64,000 bases of DNA from Candidatus Micrarchaeota archaeon. Its GTDB lineage: Archaea; Micrarchaeota; Micrarchaeia; Norongarragalinales; Norongarragalinaceae. The DNA lies in contig JACQQD010000001.1 in assembly GCA_016207165.1 (NCBI GenBank), positions 64,001 through 128,000 of the forward strand. Direction: 5' to 3'. This document shows, in pieces, positions 45,969-55,309 of the stretch. The notes below the pieces were generated by a model. The model saw only the letters and a program-made list of their open reading frames with translations, did not search any database and was not told the origin of the DNA. Each line of letters starts with the position of its first letter. Position 1 is the stretch's first letter. Position numbers and translations under genes: made by a program.

Positions 45969-46801
45969 GGGTTCAGGCCTTCCAAGAATGAATCCAATTT
46001 CTCGCGAACCCATTCGGGGTAACGCGTGTGCGGAAAATGCGTGTTTTTGTCCAAGACGCGGATTTCCGCGTCTCCGTACATCCTCTTAAACTCATCGATG
46101 GGTTCTCGGGTGACGAGGAAGTCTTGTTGCGTGTGCAATACGCACAAGGGCGGCGGGTGGGCGATGGCGGGGGCTTCGGCGGTGTTGAATGCCAGGGAGT
46201 GGTTCTGGAGCACCTTGAGGGTTCCGCCCTTGAACGGGTTGAACAATCCAAGGACTTCCCGGACGCCGAAGCGGCCTTCGGTAAGCAGGTTGAGGGCCTT
46301 GAGTTTGAGCAGTTGCCTTCCGATCCGGTGGGAGAGGCTGGCCCCTGTTATTTCCAAGTCGTGTAGTTCCGCAAGTGTTGCGATGAGTTGCCGCGTTTCC
46401 TCTGGCAGTTTCCGGTAGGAGTTGACCAACGCCAGGGCTTTGACTTGGTTCGGGTGGTCAGCGCAAAATTGTTGGGCGATGACGCCGCCGTCGGAGTGGC
46501 CGACCAGCACGGTCCGTTGTACGCCGAGGCGGTCCAGGATTTTCTTGAGGCCGTCGGCGTGTTCCTGGAGGGTCAACGTGCCGTCGCCCGTGGATTTCCC
46601 GTGGCCGTCGAGGTCGTAGGTGATGACGCGGTAGCCTTTTCGGCGGTAGTGTTCGGCGTACGAGGACCAGTTTTCTTGGCTGGAAAAGCGGCCGTGGACG
46701 AAAACCAGGGTTTGCCGGCCGTTGTTCCCTGTTTTGGAGTCTTTGACGGCCCAGGTGTGGCCTGGCCGAATTTCGACGCGGTGGGTCTTCCAGTTATTCA
46801 T
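45959..46801 (-). CDS. alpha/beta hydrolase
   Basis: FVHG, DLDGHGKS, GHSDGG, C-terminal His. Confidence 0.9.
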   Translation of the reverse strand: MNNWKTHRVEIRPGHTWAVKDSKTGNNGRQTLVFVHGRFSSQENWSSYAEHYRRKGYRVITYDLDGHGKSTGDGTLTLQEHADGLKKILDRLGVQRTVLVGHSDGGVIAQQFCADHPNQVKALALVNSYRKLPEETRQLIATLAELHDLEITGASLSHRIGRQLLKLKALNLLTEGRFGVREVLGLFNPFKGGTLKVLQNHSLAFNTAEAPAIAHPPPLCVLHTQQDFLVTREPIDEFKRMYGDAEIRVLDKNTHFPHTRYPEWVREKLDSFLEGLNPYE

Positions 46802-49013
46802 GCCGCCGTCGTTCCCGGATTTCCTGGAGGAGGTCTTTCATGAATTCTTGCTGTTTTACGCCGTGTTTCTGGGTGCCGTCGCGTTTTCGCACGGAGACGG
46901 TTTTGGATTCCGTTTCCTTTTTGCCGACGACGAGCATGTACGGGACTTTGAAGAGTTGCGCGTCGCGGATCTTGCCTTCGATTTTACCGGAGGAAATGTC
47001 GGCGGTGGCCCGGATGCCGTTTTGTCTGAGTTCGTCGCGGACTTTTTCGGCGTACGCGTTTTCGTGGTCGGTGAGGGCAAGGACGCGGACTTGTTCGGGG
47101 GAAAGCCACGTGGGGAACGAACCGGCGAAGTGTTCGATGAGTATTCCTAGAAACCGTTCAAACGATCCGTAAATGACGCGGTGAAGCATCACCGGGCGTT
47201 TTTTGCCTTGGGGCCCTTCATAGTGCAAGTCAAATCGTTCCGGCATCTGGAAATCCAGTTGGATGGTGCCGCATTGCCACAGTCTTCCCAGCGCGTCCTT
47301 GATTTTGAAGTCAATTTTTGGGCCGTAGAATGCGCCGTCGCCTTCGTTGACTTCGTATTTCTTCTTGTTTTTCTCCAGCGCTTTCTTGAGCGCGGATTCG
47401 GCTTTTTCCCAGAGTGCGGGGTCGCCCATGGCTTTCTCGGGTTTGGTGGAAAGCTCGATGGAGTACGAAAAGCCGAAGGTTTTGTACATGAAGTCGATGA
47501 AGTCGATGAAGTTTTTGACTTCGTCCAGGATTTGATCTTCGGTGACAAACAGGTGCGCGTCGTCTTGGGTGAACGCGCGCACGCGGAACAGTCCACTTAG
47601 AACGCCGGATAATTCGTGGCGGTGGTCAACGCCGTTTTCGGCCAAGCGCAGCGGCAGTTCGCGGTAGGACCTGGGTTTGGTCTTGTACACCAGGATGGCT
47701 CCGGGGCAATTCATGGGTTTGACGGCGTGCGGTACGCCGTCGATTTCCGTGAAGTACATGTTTTCGTGGTAGTGGTCCCAGTGCCCGGATTGCCGCCACA
47801 AGTCTTCGTTGAGAATCAACGGCGTCTTGATTTCCTGGTAGCCGCGCTTTTCGTATTGTTCGCGCAAGAATTTTTCCAGTTCCTTGTAAAGCGTCATGCC
47901 GTTGGGGTGGTAGAAGATGAAGCCCACGCCTTCCTCGTGAATGCTGAACAGGTCGAGTTGTTTGCCGATTTTTCGGTGGTCGCGGGCTTCGGCTTCCTTT
48001 TGGAGTTGCTTGAATTCCAAGAGGGCGTCCTGGTTCTTGAAGACTTGCACGTGCACGCGCTGGAGTTTGGCGTTCTTGGAATTGTTTTTCCAGTACGATC
48101 CCCCGAATTTCGTCAACGCAAAGGCGGAGACGTCTTGCGAGGTCTTGGTGAAGGGCCCCGGCAGGAAATAGGTGTGTTTTCCAAAGCCTTGCACGAGCAC
48201 TTCCTTGGCTTTCGTTTCGGAGAGGGCTTCATTCAGGTACCGGTTTGGCATTTCCGCGTTTTTGCCGGTTTTTTTAAGTTCGATGGGCCACGCTTTTTGT
48301 TGGAGGGCGTGCATGGCAGACTCCAATTGGTTGAGGGTTTCCGGGGACACGCCGGGGCCTTCGAAATCCAGGTAGCCTTCGTTGTCTTTGCCGAAACCGG
48401 TTGTGGCTTTGCCGCCTAACTCGGTTTGAACGGCGTGGGCCAGCAAAAGCAGGGCGGTGTTGCGCCGGGCTTCAAGGGTTTGCGTTGGTTTGAGCGTTTT
48501 GGGGGTGGCGGCGCCGTAGTCCTCGAAAAGCGAGGGGAGTCTGAAGACTTCCGCGTCTTTGCCTCCCAATGTTTTGACTTGGGTTTGCAGGGTTTCCGAC
48601 GTGATGGTCTTTGAGAGTTCCGCCAGTGGGTGGCCCTTGCATTTCAACTCGAATTCCTTGTAGTATCCAAACGGCGATTTTTGCGCGTTGGGAGCGAAGG
48701 CGCGGACCTTGATCAGGAACGAGTCCAGCAGGGTTTGCGCCAGGGCGGGTTTGGCCAACTTGTGGGAGAGGTGGGCGTAGGGGTAGACCAGGACGGAGTC
48801 GGCGTTGACTTCCTTGAAGTTTTTCTGGATTTCAACGACGGCGCGCTCCAGGACGGATTCGTCGTCGCCTTCTTCAAATGAGCTGAACACGACGAGCACG
48901 TTTTCCATGCGGACGCCTTTTTTCTCGTCTTCGCTCAATTCGCCGATGCTTTTGAGCGCCTTCTTTTTGGGTAAGACGTTGATGTAGTCGCAGTGCAGTT
49001 CAAGCAAACGCAT
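46794..49013 (-). CDS. thrS: threonyl-tRNA synthetase
   Basis: RDHRKIG, SGHW, KPMNCP, HELSG.L.GLFRVR.FTQDDAH, AFYGPKID; archaeal editing domain at N-terminus. Confidence 0.96.
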   Translation of the reverse strand: MRLLELHCDYINVLPKKKALKSIGELSEDEKKGVRMENVLVVFSSFEEGDDESVLERAVVEIQKNFKEVNADSVLVYPYAHLSHKLAKPALAQTLLDSFLIKVRAFAPNAQKSPFGYYKEFELKCKGHPLAELSKTITSETLQTQVKTLGGKDAEVFRLPSLFEDYGAATPKTLKPTQTLEARRNTALLLLAHAVQTELGGKATTGFGKDNEGYLDFEGPGVSPETLNQLESAMHALQQKAWPIELKKTGKNAEMPNRYLNEALSETKAKEVLVQGFGKHTYFLPGPFTKTSQDVSAFALTKFGGSYWKNNSKNAKLQRVHVQVFKNQDALLEFKQLQKEAEARDHRKIGKQLDLFSIHEEGVGFIFYHPNGMTLYKELEKFLREQYEKRGYQEIKTPLILNEDLWRQSGHWDHYHENMYFTEIDGVPHAVKPMNCPGAILVYKTKPRSYRELPLRLAENGVDHRHELSGVLSGLFRVRAFTQDDAHLFVTEDQILDEVKNFIDFIDFMYKTFGFSYSIELSTKPEKAMGDPALWEKAESALKKALEKNKKKYEVNEGDGAFYGPKIDFKIKDALGRLWQCGTIQLDFQMPERFDLHYEGPQGKKRPVMLHRVIYGSFERFLGILIEHFAGSFPTWLSPEQVRVLALTDHENAYAEKVRDELRQNGIRATADISSGKIEGKIRDAQLFKVPYMLVVGKKETESKTVSVRKRDGTQKHGVKQQEFMKDLLQEIRERRRHE

Positions 49014-49106
49014 GGTGTTTGGGACCTCTTGGAAATGGATTGTGGGAAATGCCTTAAAGGGGTTGCGCTTCGCTTTTTTAAGTTGCCGTCCCAAGAATTC
49101 ATTTGC

Positions 49107-50201
49107 ATGAAGCGGCGCATTGAACGGCAGATGAAGCGGGCAGGCCGGACGCCGCCTCCTTTTTACCGGCGCTGGTTTTCCAGTTTAACGCAAGGCGCCC
49201 GCGACGCCTTGGCGGCCCTTGGGGCACGGTTGCGCCGCCTCAAGGAAAGAAACAAGGCGGCCCAACGTGTTGAACCCCAAGTGGAGCCGGAGCGTTCTTC
49301 CGTTTCCTCGGGCGCGCAAATCCCCCCAGAACCCACTCCAGAGATGCCGCAAAAATCCCCCGCCTTCGGAATGGCTTCTGCCGATCCAGTAGGCCGCGAC
49401 TTGAGGAGCTTTTTCCATCTGCGTCCGGATGACGTGTTTTCCATGCACGACTTGGAAAGGGAACGCATGATGCACGGACTTGACGAGATGCCGTACCAAT
49501 TGCGCCAGCGGACGGGCACCTCGGTGAGAATTCTTTCCGTGATGCGTGGACTGGACGGCGGGTCGGAGGACCACCAACTATCCATGGTCCTGGCGCGCGC
49601 CATGCATCGTGCGGAGTTCAAGTTCAAGAAAAACACGGCGGAACGCCTCCACGATTTTTTCATCCGGCATCCGCGTGCCATCAACGAGGAACTGGACTTG
49701 CATCCCGAAAGCCGGCGTCTTTACGGTGAAGTGGCCGCGTTGCGTCGGGGGTTGGCCGTCCGGTTGGGTCTCGTGCAAGCCGAGCGAGCGGTTGTTTCTG
49801 AGGGCGAACCGGTTCGTTTGCCGTTTTCCGAGGAGACGTTGGCGCATTTCGGCCGGATTGGCGTTGACCCCGACGTGATTTCCCACATTTTGGCGCACGG
49901 TTTTTCGGTTCAAGGACGTGGGGTTTTTGGCGCTTCGCATTTCAAGAAAAACTTTGTTTTCAACAACGTGCGGAACAAGGTGGGACGAAAGGTCGTGGAT
50001 TCCAGGCCGTACGCGCAAGCCTATGCCGCGGCGTGGAGTTGGTTGACTAGAACCAGCGTGGTGTGGGTGCGCAAGCGCGGTGGCCGGGAGGTCTCCATCA
50101 ACCCGCGGCCGGACACGTTGGTTGATTCGCATGCGCGCCACACGGCGGCGCTGATTGGGGAGTACTTCCGGGGAAAAGACGGGGGCGACTCCAGTGCTTG
50201 A
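49107..50201 (+). CDS. hypothetical protein
   Basis: 364-aa ORF with TTTTTAA upstream. Confidence 0.65.
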   Translation: MKRRIERQMKRAGRTPPPFYRRWFSSLTQGARDALAALGARLRRLKERNKAAQRVEPQVEPERSSVSSGAQIPPEPTPEMPQKSPAFGMASADPVGRDLRSFFHLRPDDVFSMHDLERERMMHGLDEMPYQLRQRTGTSVRILSVMRGLDGGSEDHQLSMVLARAMHRAEFKFKKNTAERLHDFFIRHPRAINEELDLHPESRRLYGEVAALRRGLAVRLGLVQAERAVVSEGEPVRLPFSEETLAHFGRIGVDPDVISHILAHGFSVQGRGVFGASHFKKNFVFNNVRNKVGRKVVDSRPYAQAYAAAWSWLTRTSVVWVRKRGGREVSINPRPDTLVDSHARHTAALIGEYFRGKDGGDSSA

Positions 50202-50277
50202 GTCCGGAAAGAACAAGGTCTGCCGCCGGGGCCACCGTTTTGAGGGGAGCGGGCCCGCGTCCGGCGTGTTGGATAGG

Positions 50278-50613
50278 TTATTTTGGTAAGTTGTCCAAGA
50301 CGCGTTGGGCTTCTTTTCGCAAATTTTCGTGGTGGGCCAGTGCTTCCAGGACGGCGCGCACGTGCTTGGGTTCTTCAAGCGTCAAGAGGAATCCTTGACC
50401 GGTTTTCGCAAAGCCGATGGCCACGTGGCCTCTTCCGTGAGGGTTTAGTTGGCTTTCGATGGTTTCTCCCAATTCCAGTGCGTGTTCGGGTTGGATTCCG
50501 TGGATGTGTATTTTGTGGTTGGAACTTGGCTTTCGTGGTTTTTCGTACGTCAAGCCGGTGGCGGGGCCCACGTGTCTTCTGATTTGTCCGTAGAATTCAA
50601 GGCTGGTTGGCAT
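50278..50613 (-). CDS. hypothetical protein
   Basis: 111-aa ATG ORF downstream of priS. Confidence 0.55.
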   Translation of the reverse strand: MPTSLEFYGQIRRHVGPATGLTYEKPRKPSSNHKIHIHGIQPEHALELGETIESQLNPHGRGHVAIGFAKTGQGFLLTLEEPKHVRAVLEALAHHENLRKEAQRVLDNLPK

Positions 50614-50630
50614 GCTTGTTTCCAGGTTGT

Positions 50631-51752
50631 TCAGGGTATAAACGCTTTTTCCTGGCAGGCCAGATAGATGCCTAGCGGCAGGGGGACTTCAGAGAAGCGC
50701 GCGCGCGGCAGGGTCCAGATTTCGTCCAAGAATTCGAATTTGAGGTCTTGGCGGGCAATCACGGTGGTTTGTTGTCTGGAGTCGAAGGCGAGCACGTCCC
50801 GGATGCGGAATGTTTCGGGGTCTTCCAGGGGCTTTGTGATGAACCCGGTGGAACCGTGGATGGAGCCGGGGACGCGGATGAGGCGGGACAAGTCGTAGGT
50901 GACGGCTTTGTCGGTTTGCACGACTTGGACGTCGGCGATGAGTGATTCGGTGTTGGGTTGTTTGTCTTTTCCCAACAGTGCGCCCCAATGACCGCTGTTG
51001 ATTTGTGAAAGCGCGGGCGCGGGGTCGTCTTGGATGGCGGAAACGGTTTTGCGGGAGAAACCGTAGCGCTTCAACGCGGAGACGTCTTTTTCTTGGATGG
51101 CGCGTCGGACGCGTTGATAGATTTTGGCCGTCCACCCCGTGCTTTGGGAAGAGGGGCCTTGGAGGGTTTCAACGGGTTTGACGTGGTGTTCCAAGTCGTA
51201 AGCGGTTTTCCGAAATAAGGTGGAGGCGTCCAGGCCTTCGGCGGCCACGTATTCGGCGAGTTGGCGTCGGGCGTCTTTGGACAAGTCCATGACGTCGGGG
51301 GACTGGACGTGGACGTGGAATCCTTTTTGCCCGGAGAAAACGAGTTTGGGTTGCTGGAACCCGAAGTCCTCTTCAAGCATTTTCTTGAGCTGGAGGGCTT
51401 GTTGGTGGATGTCCTCCAGGCACGTCCTGCATAGTACGGGTTCGTGGTCGTGTTCTTGTTTGGGGGAATCCAGGTCGAAGACCAAGTCGGCGCCTTGGAA
51501 GCCTTTTTCGCCCATGGGCTGTTTTTCGGGGAATTGGTAGTATGCCAGGGAGTACGACATGTAAAGCGGGGCTTCCTGGCGGACGAATTGCTCGTACTCC
51601 CATGAAGAGATGAAGCCGCGGTGGCGGTAATCGATTTTGCTTTGCCAGCCGAAGCCGAATTCGCGTTGGCTGACGGCCGGAGGAACCGGGACTTTTTTTT
51701 GGTAGAATCCTTGGACGTGGTGTTGGACGAAGCGGCGCTCTTTTTCGTTCAT
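50631..51752 (-). CDS. priS: DNA primase small subunit
   Basis: QREFGF, GADLVFDLD, FSGQKGFHVH, DLSRLIRVPGSIHG. Confidence 0.95.
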   Translation of the reverse strand: MNEKERRFVQHHVQGFYQKKVPVPPAVSQREFGFGWQSKIDYRHRGFISSWEYEQFVRQEAPLYMSYSLAYYQFPEKQPMGEKGFQGADLVFDLDSPKQEHDHEPVLCRTCLEDIHQQALQLKKMLEEDFGFQQPKLVFSGQKGFHVHVQSPDVMDLSKDARRQLAEYVAAEGLDASTLFRKTAYDLEHHVKPVETLQGPSSQSTGWTAKIYQRVRRAIQEKDVSALKRYGFSRKTVSAIQDDPAPALSQINSGHWGALLGKDKQPNTESLIADVQVVQTDKAVTYDLSRLIRVPGSIHGSTGFITKPLEDPETFRIRDVLAFDSRQQTTVIARQDLKFEFLDEIWTLPRARFSEVPLPLGIYLACQEKAFIP

Positions 51753-52492
51753 AGCGCTTCGGAGGCCTCGCAGGCGTCGGCGTACACGTGAAACGCGCCG
51801 GCGCGTTCGAGTTGTTTTTTCGTGGCGGCGCCGCTGAGAACGCCGATGGGCACCGCCTGAGCGTTTTGGGCGGCGATCATGTCGGATTGCGCGTCGCCGA
51901 CGTAGTACGCGTCCGTGGGGTTGACGTCCAGTTGTTTGGCGCAGGCCCAAATCCCGTCGGGGTGCGGTTTTTTTCTGGGCACGTCTTGTTCAGCCAGAAT
52001 GGCGCCGAAAAACCCGTCCAATCCGTGGAACGAAAGCCACGCGCGGTTGAACGCCGTGCCGCCGTTGGAGAACGCGCCGACTTTGTATTTTTTGGTGAAG
52101 TTTTCAAGGGCTTGCCTGGATTTCGGAAGCGGGTGGATGGAGGCGAGGTGGTCGGCGTCGGTTCGGCGGAAGTCGGCTTTGGCGTCCTGCGCGATTCCGT
52201 GTTTGTCGGGGAGGGGGTGTTTTTTCACGGCGTCCGCGATTTTTTCGGGGTTTTCGATGGCGTCTTGCACGTCCACGTTTTCGTCTTGCAATGCGCAAAT
52301 GGCTTCGATGGCGTTTTCCACGAGGTTGTATTCGGTTAATCCCCGTAACCGGTAGGCGTGGTCGGCGGAAGCGGTAACCGCGATGCCTTTCGCGGAAAGC
52401 GCGCGGCGGCAACTGTCCCAGATGGCTTGCCGGTTGTCGCGGAGCACTCCTGAAACGTCCAGGATGACGGCCTTCACGTTTTCTTCCTCCAA
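51749..52492 (-). CDS. HAD-family hydrolase
   Basis: ILDVSGVL, KPHP, YVGDAQSD; start may be GTG 52477. Confidence 0.88.
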   Translation of the reverse strand: MEEENVKAVILDVSGVLRDNRQAIWDSCRRALSAKGIAVTASADHAYRLRGLTEYNLVENAIEAICALQDENVDVQDAIENPEKIADAVKKHPLPDKHGIAQDAKADFRRTDADHLASIHPLPKSRQALENFTKKYKVGAFSNGGTAFNRAWLSFHGLDGFFGAILAEQDVPRKKPHPDGIWACAKQLDVNPTDAYYVGDAQSDMIAAQNAQAVPIGVLSGAATKKQLERAGAFHVYADACEASEAL

Positions 52493-53307
52493 TTCAGGGG
52501 ACAGGCGGGGCAGTACGTGCCTTCGAATCCGTTGTCCATCATGACTTTGCAGGAAAACCCGATGTCGCGATCATACACCCAGTTCAGCGTGCTTTCCCCT
52601 TCGCTTGGCGTGAAGGGTTTGGTGCCGGAACACCGCGAAACGTAGTCTTGCATGAGTTTTTGTGCGGCGTCTTTGGGCACGCCGTCGCGGCGCGCGGCAA
52701 TGCTTAACCCCATGGCGCCGTAGAATCGCTTGCCTTCCGGCGAACCGGTTAGAATGGATTGGATGCAGCCGAGGTCCAAAAACTTTTTGCCGTAGCTTTT
52801 CTTTTTGGGTTGGTCGTCCAATGCGCTGGCTTTGCGTTGGATGGCGTCCGGCACGTCTTGGGCGGCGGAGTCGGTGAATTTTTCGGCGATGGCTTTGCTC
52901 AAAAGGGCGTTGAGTTCCTGGTTGTTGATGGCCACCCGCCCGTCGCGCGCGGTTTGGTGCACGAGGTTCTCGCCGAACCTCAGGTAGTCGGAAAGCGTCA
53001 GCGAATAGCGTTCGCCTTCCGCGTGCAGGCTTTCCAGGAAGGCGCGTCCGACGGAGAGCTGTTCGTTCTTGCGGTTGATGCGTTGGACGTACTCTTCGGC
53101 TTTTTTCTTGGCGTACTTTTTTTTGACGTAGTCGCTCAAGCAACTCAAGAGTGCCTTGGAGAGGGCGTACAATTTGACGTGGCGGCCGGTGTTCTCGTAG
53201 GTGGATTCCGTGACGGGTTGTTTGAGGAACAAAATCGCGGCGTCGATGTCCGCGTCGTTCAGGCCGGGCTCCAGTTGCGCTTTGGCGTCGGGAAGAAACG
53301 GGTACAT
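52474..53307 (-). CDS. priL: DNA primase large subunit
   Basis: MYPFL start; C-terminal Cys cluster (CI..IL.G..EGKR; SC..M; C..CP); adjacent to priS. Confidence 0.78.
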   Translation of the reverse strand: MYPFLPDAKAQLEPGLNDADIDAAILFLKQPVTESTYENTGRHVKLYALSKALLSCLSDYVKKKYAKKKAEEYVQRINRKNEQLSVGRAFLESLHAEGERYSLTLSDYLRFGENLVHQTARDGRVAINNQELNALLSKAIAEKFTDSAAQDVPDAIQRKASALDDQPKKKSYGKKFLDLGCIQSILTGSPEGKRFYGAMGLSIAARRDGVPKDAAQKLMQDYVSRCSGTKPFTPSEGESTLNWVYDRDIGFSCKVMMDNGFEGTYCPACPLNWRKKT

Positions 53308-53409
53308 GATGCATGGGCCCTGTGGCGGCCAAACTATAAATGGTCTTGCGGCGCCGCGGCTTGAATCAAAGCCCGGTGTTTAAATCCGGTTTTTCCTACA
53401 ATCCATGGT

Positions 53410-53862
53410 ATGAAGTGCCCGTACTGCGACCACGAGCAGACCAAGGTGTTGGATTCGCGGGACGCCGAGGACGTGGAAGTCACGCGCCGGCGGCGCGAGT
53501 GCGAGAAATGCCAGAAGCGGTTCACCACGTACGAACGCGTGGAACTCTTGGACTTGCACGTCATCAAGAAAGATGGGCGGAAGGAAAAGTTTTCCCACGA
53601 CAAACTCCTCCACGGCTTGCAAAAAGCGTGCGTCAAGCTGCCGGTTACGCACGAGCAACTCGCGGATTTGGTGGACAAAGTCGAGCGGGACTTGCGGCGG
53701 AGGGCCTCCAGCGAAATTCCTTCGGCCAAAGTCGGCGAGTTGGTGCTCAAGCGGCTGAAGAAACTCAACGAAATCGCGTACATCCGTTTTGCTTCGGTGT
53801 ACCGGAACTTTTCCGACTTGGATTCGTTCGTCGCGGAAGTCAAGAAACTGCAGAGCGAGTAG
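53410..53862 (+). CDS. nrdR: transcriptional repressor NrdR
   Basis: MKCPYC, VLDSR, RRRRECEKC..RFTTYE, ATP-cone, AYIRFASVYR. Confidence 0.97.
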   Translation: MKCPYCDHEQTKVLDSRDAEDVEVTRRRRECEKCQKRFTTYERVELLDLHVIKKDGRKEKFSHDKLLHGLQKACVKLPVTHEQLADLVDKVERDLRRRASSEIPSAKVGELVLKRLKKLNEIAYIRFASVYRNFSDLDSFVAEVKKLQSE

Positions 53863-53864
53863 GC

Positions 53865-55226
53865 ATGCAACGATTTGGCCAAGTGTACCGGCAGGCTGGC
53901 AACATGCTTTTGTTTACGTGCAGTCCTTGGATTGTGGCGTTTGGACGGCCTACTTTCGAGGTGTACGGCAAGGCGGTTTCGCCGTTCGCATATTACTACC
54001 AGGGAACGCGGTTCGTCAACGTGTACGAGAAAAGCCGTTTGGACGAGGTGGCGTACGCCGCTTTAGAAAAGCTGGGTACGCCCCAACGGTTTGAATCGGT
54101 GTACCGCAAATGGTTGGAAATCGCCCGTCGCCTGGATGAACAGTCCTGGTCGATTTACCAAGGCAACTTGGCTTCTTTTGAGTCCATGTGGCGGGAACTT
54201 GTTTCATACTGGGGTCATTCCGTTTTCATCGACTGTTTTGACGCGGGCGTGGACTTTTTGGAAATGAGCCGCATTGCGTCGGAGCATGATTTGTCGCGGG
54301 AAGACATCCAATTGTTGACGACGCCCACGGAGTTGTCGTACTTGCAGGATTATGAACGCGAACTTTCCAACGCCGCGATTTCCGGGAACTTTTCCGAGTT
54401 TTTGCGGACATTTTACTGGTATCCGACCAACTACGTGGATTTCGGCTGCATTTCGGAAGAAAAAGCCAATGCCCTGGCCTCCGCGGCAAAACGGGAAGCT
54501 CAAAAAACGCTGAGGCTTCTTTCCGCCCAAGTCGTTTCGCTTGAAGACCGGCAGAGCGCCTTGTTGGACGACAAAGGCCTTTCGGAGAACCCGTTGTGGC
54601 TGTACCAAAAGTTGGTGGCGTGGCGGGACTTGCGCAAGCGCCTGAATTTTACGGCTTTGTTTGGCTTTGACGTTCTATGTCGGCAATGGCTGAAGGAACA
54701 GGGCATCGATCCGGAGCTTTTCGGAGCGGTTTGGCCTTTTGAGGTCTTGGAAGGCCGCGTCTTGGAGAAGACGCTCAAGGCGCGTCGGGTTCATGGCGTA
54801 CTGGTTTGGGCGGATGTGGATTCGTTTGATTTTCTGGTGGGGCCGGCAGGCGCCAAAAAATTGGCGGAATTGGATGTCGGCCCGAAATCCGAAAAGCTGG
54901 AACTAAGAGGCCAGCCGGCGTGTCTGGGTCGCGTGATCGCGTCGGTGCGGATCGTGAACGACCCGTCGGAAGACTTTCATGCGGGCGAGATCTTGGTGAC
55001 GGCCATGACGCGCCCTGAATTCGTGCCGTTGATGAAGAAAGCGGTAGGCATCATCACGGACGAGGGCGGCATCACCTCGCATGCGGCCGTGGTGTCCCGC
55101 GAGTTGAACAAGCCATGCATCGTCGGAACGCAGGTTGCCACGCGCAAGCTCAGAACCGGTGACGTGGTGGAACTGGACGCGTTTCACGGATTGGTCAGGA
55201 GCGCGCAACTGATTCGTTCGCCCTGA
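53865..55226 (+). CDS. protein with C-terminal PEP-utilising mobile (phospho-His) domain
   Basis: GEILVTAMTRPE, TDEGGITSHAAVVSRE..KPCIVG. Confidence 0.85.
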   Translation: MQRFGQVYRQAGNMLLFTCSPWIVAFGRPTFEVYGKAVSPFAYYYQGTRFVNVYEKSRLDEVAYAALEKLGTPQRFESVYRKWLEIARRLDEQSWSIYQGNLASFESMWRELVSYWGHSVFIDCFDAGVDFLEMSRIASEHDLSREDIQLLTTPTELSYLQDYERELSNAAISGNFSEFLRTFYWYPTNYVDFGCISEEKANALASAAKREAQKTLRLLSAQVVSLEDRQSALLDDKGLSENPLWLYQKLVAWRDLRKRLNFTALFGFDVLCRQWLKEQGIDPELFGAVWPFEVLEGRVLEKTLKARRVHGVLVWADVDSFDFLVGPAGAKKLAELDVGPKSEKLELRGQPACLGRVIASVRIVNDPSEDFHAGEILVTAMTRPEFVPLMKKAVGIITDEGGITSHAAVVSRELNKPCIVGTQVATRKLRTGDVVELDAFHGLVRSAQLIRSP

Positions 55227-55309
55227 CGCGGTTTCCGCCTCTTTTTTCCCGGGGTCTGTCTTTTGCCGTTTCCGCGCGTTTTTATTTGCGGGCGCCGTGA
55301 TGAAGGGTC

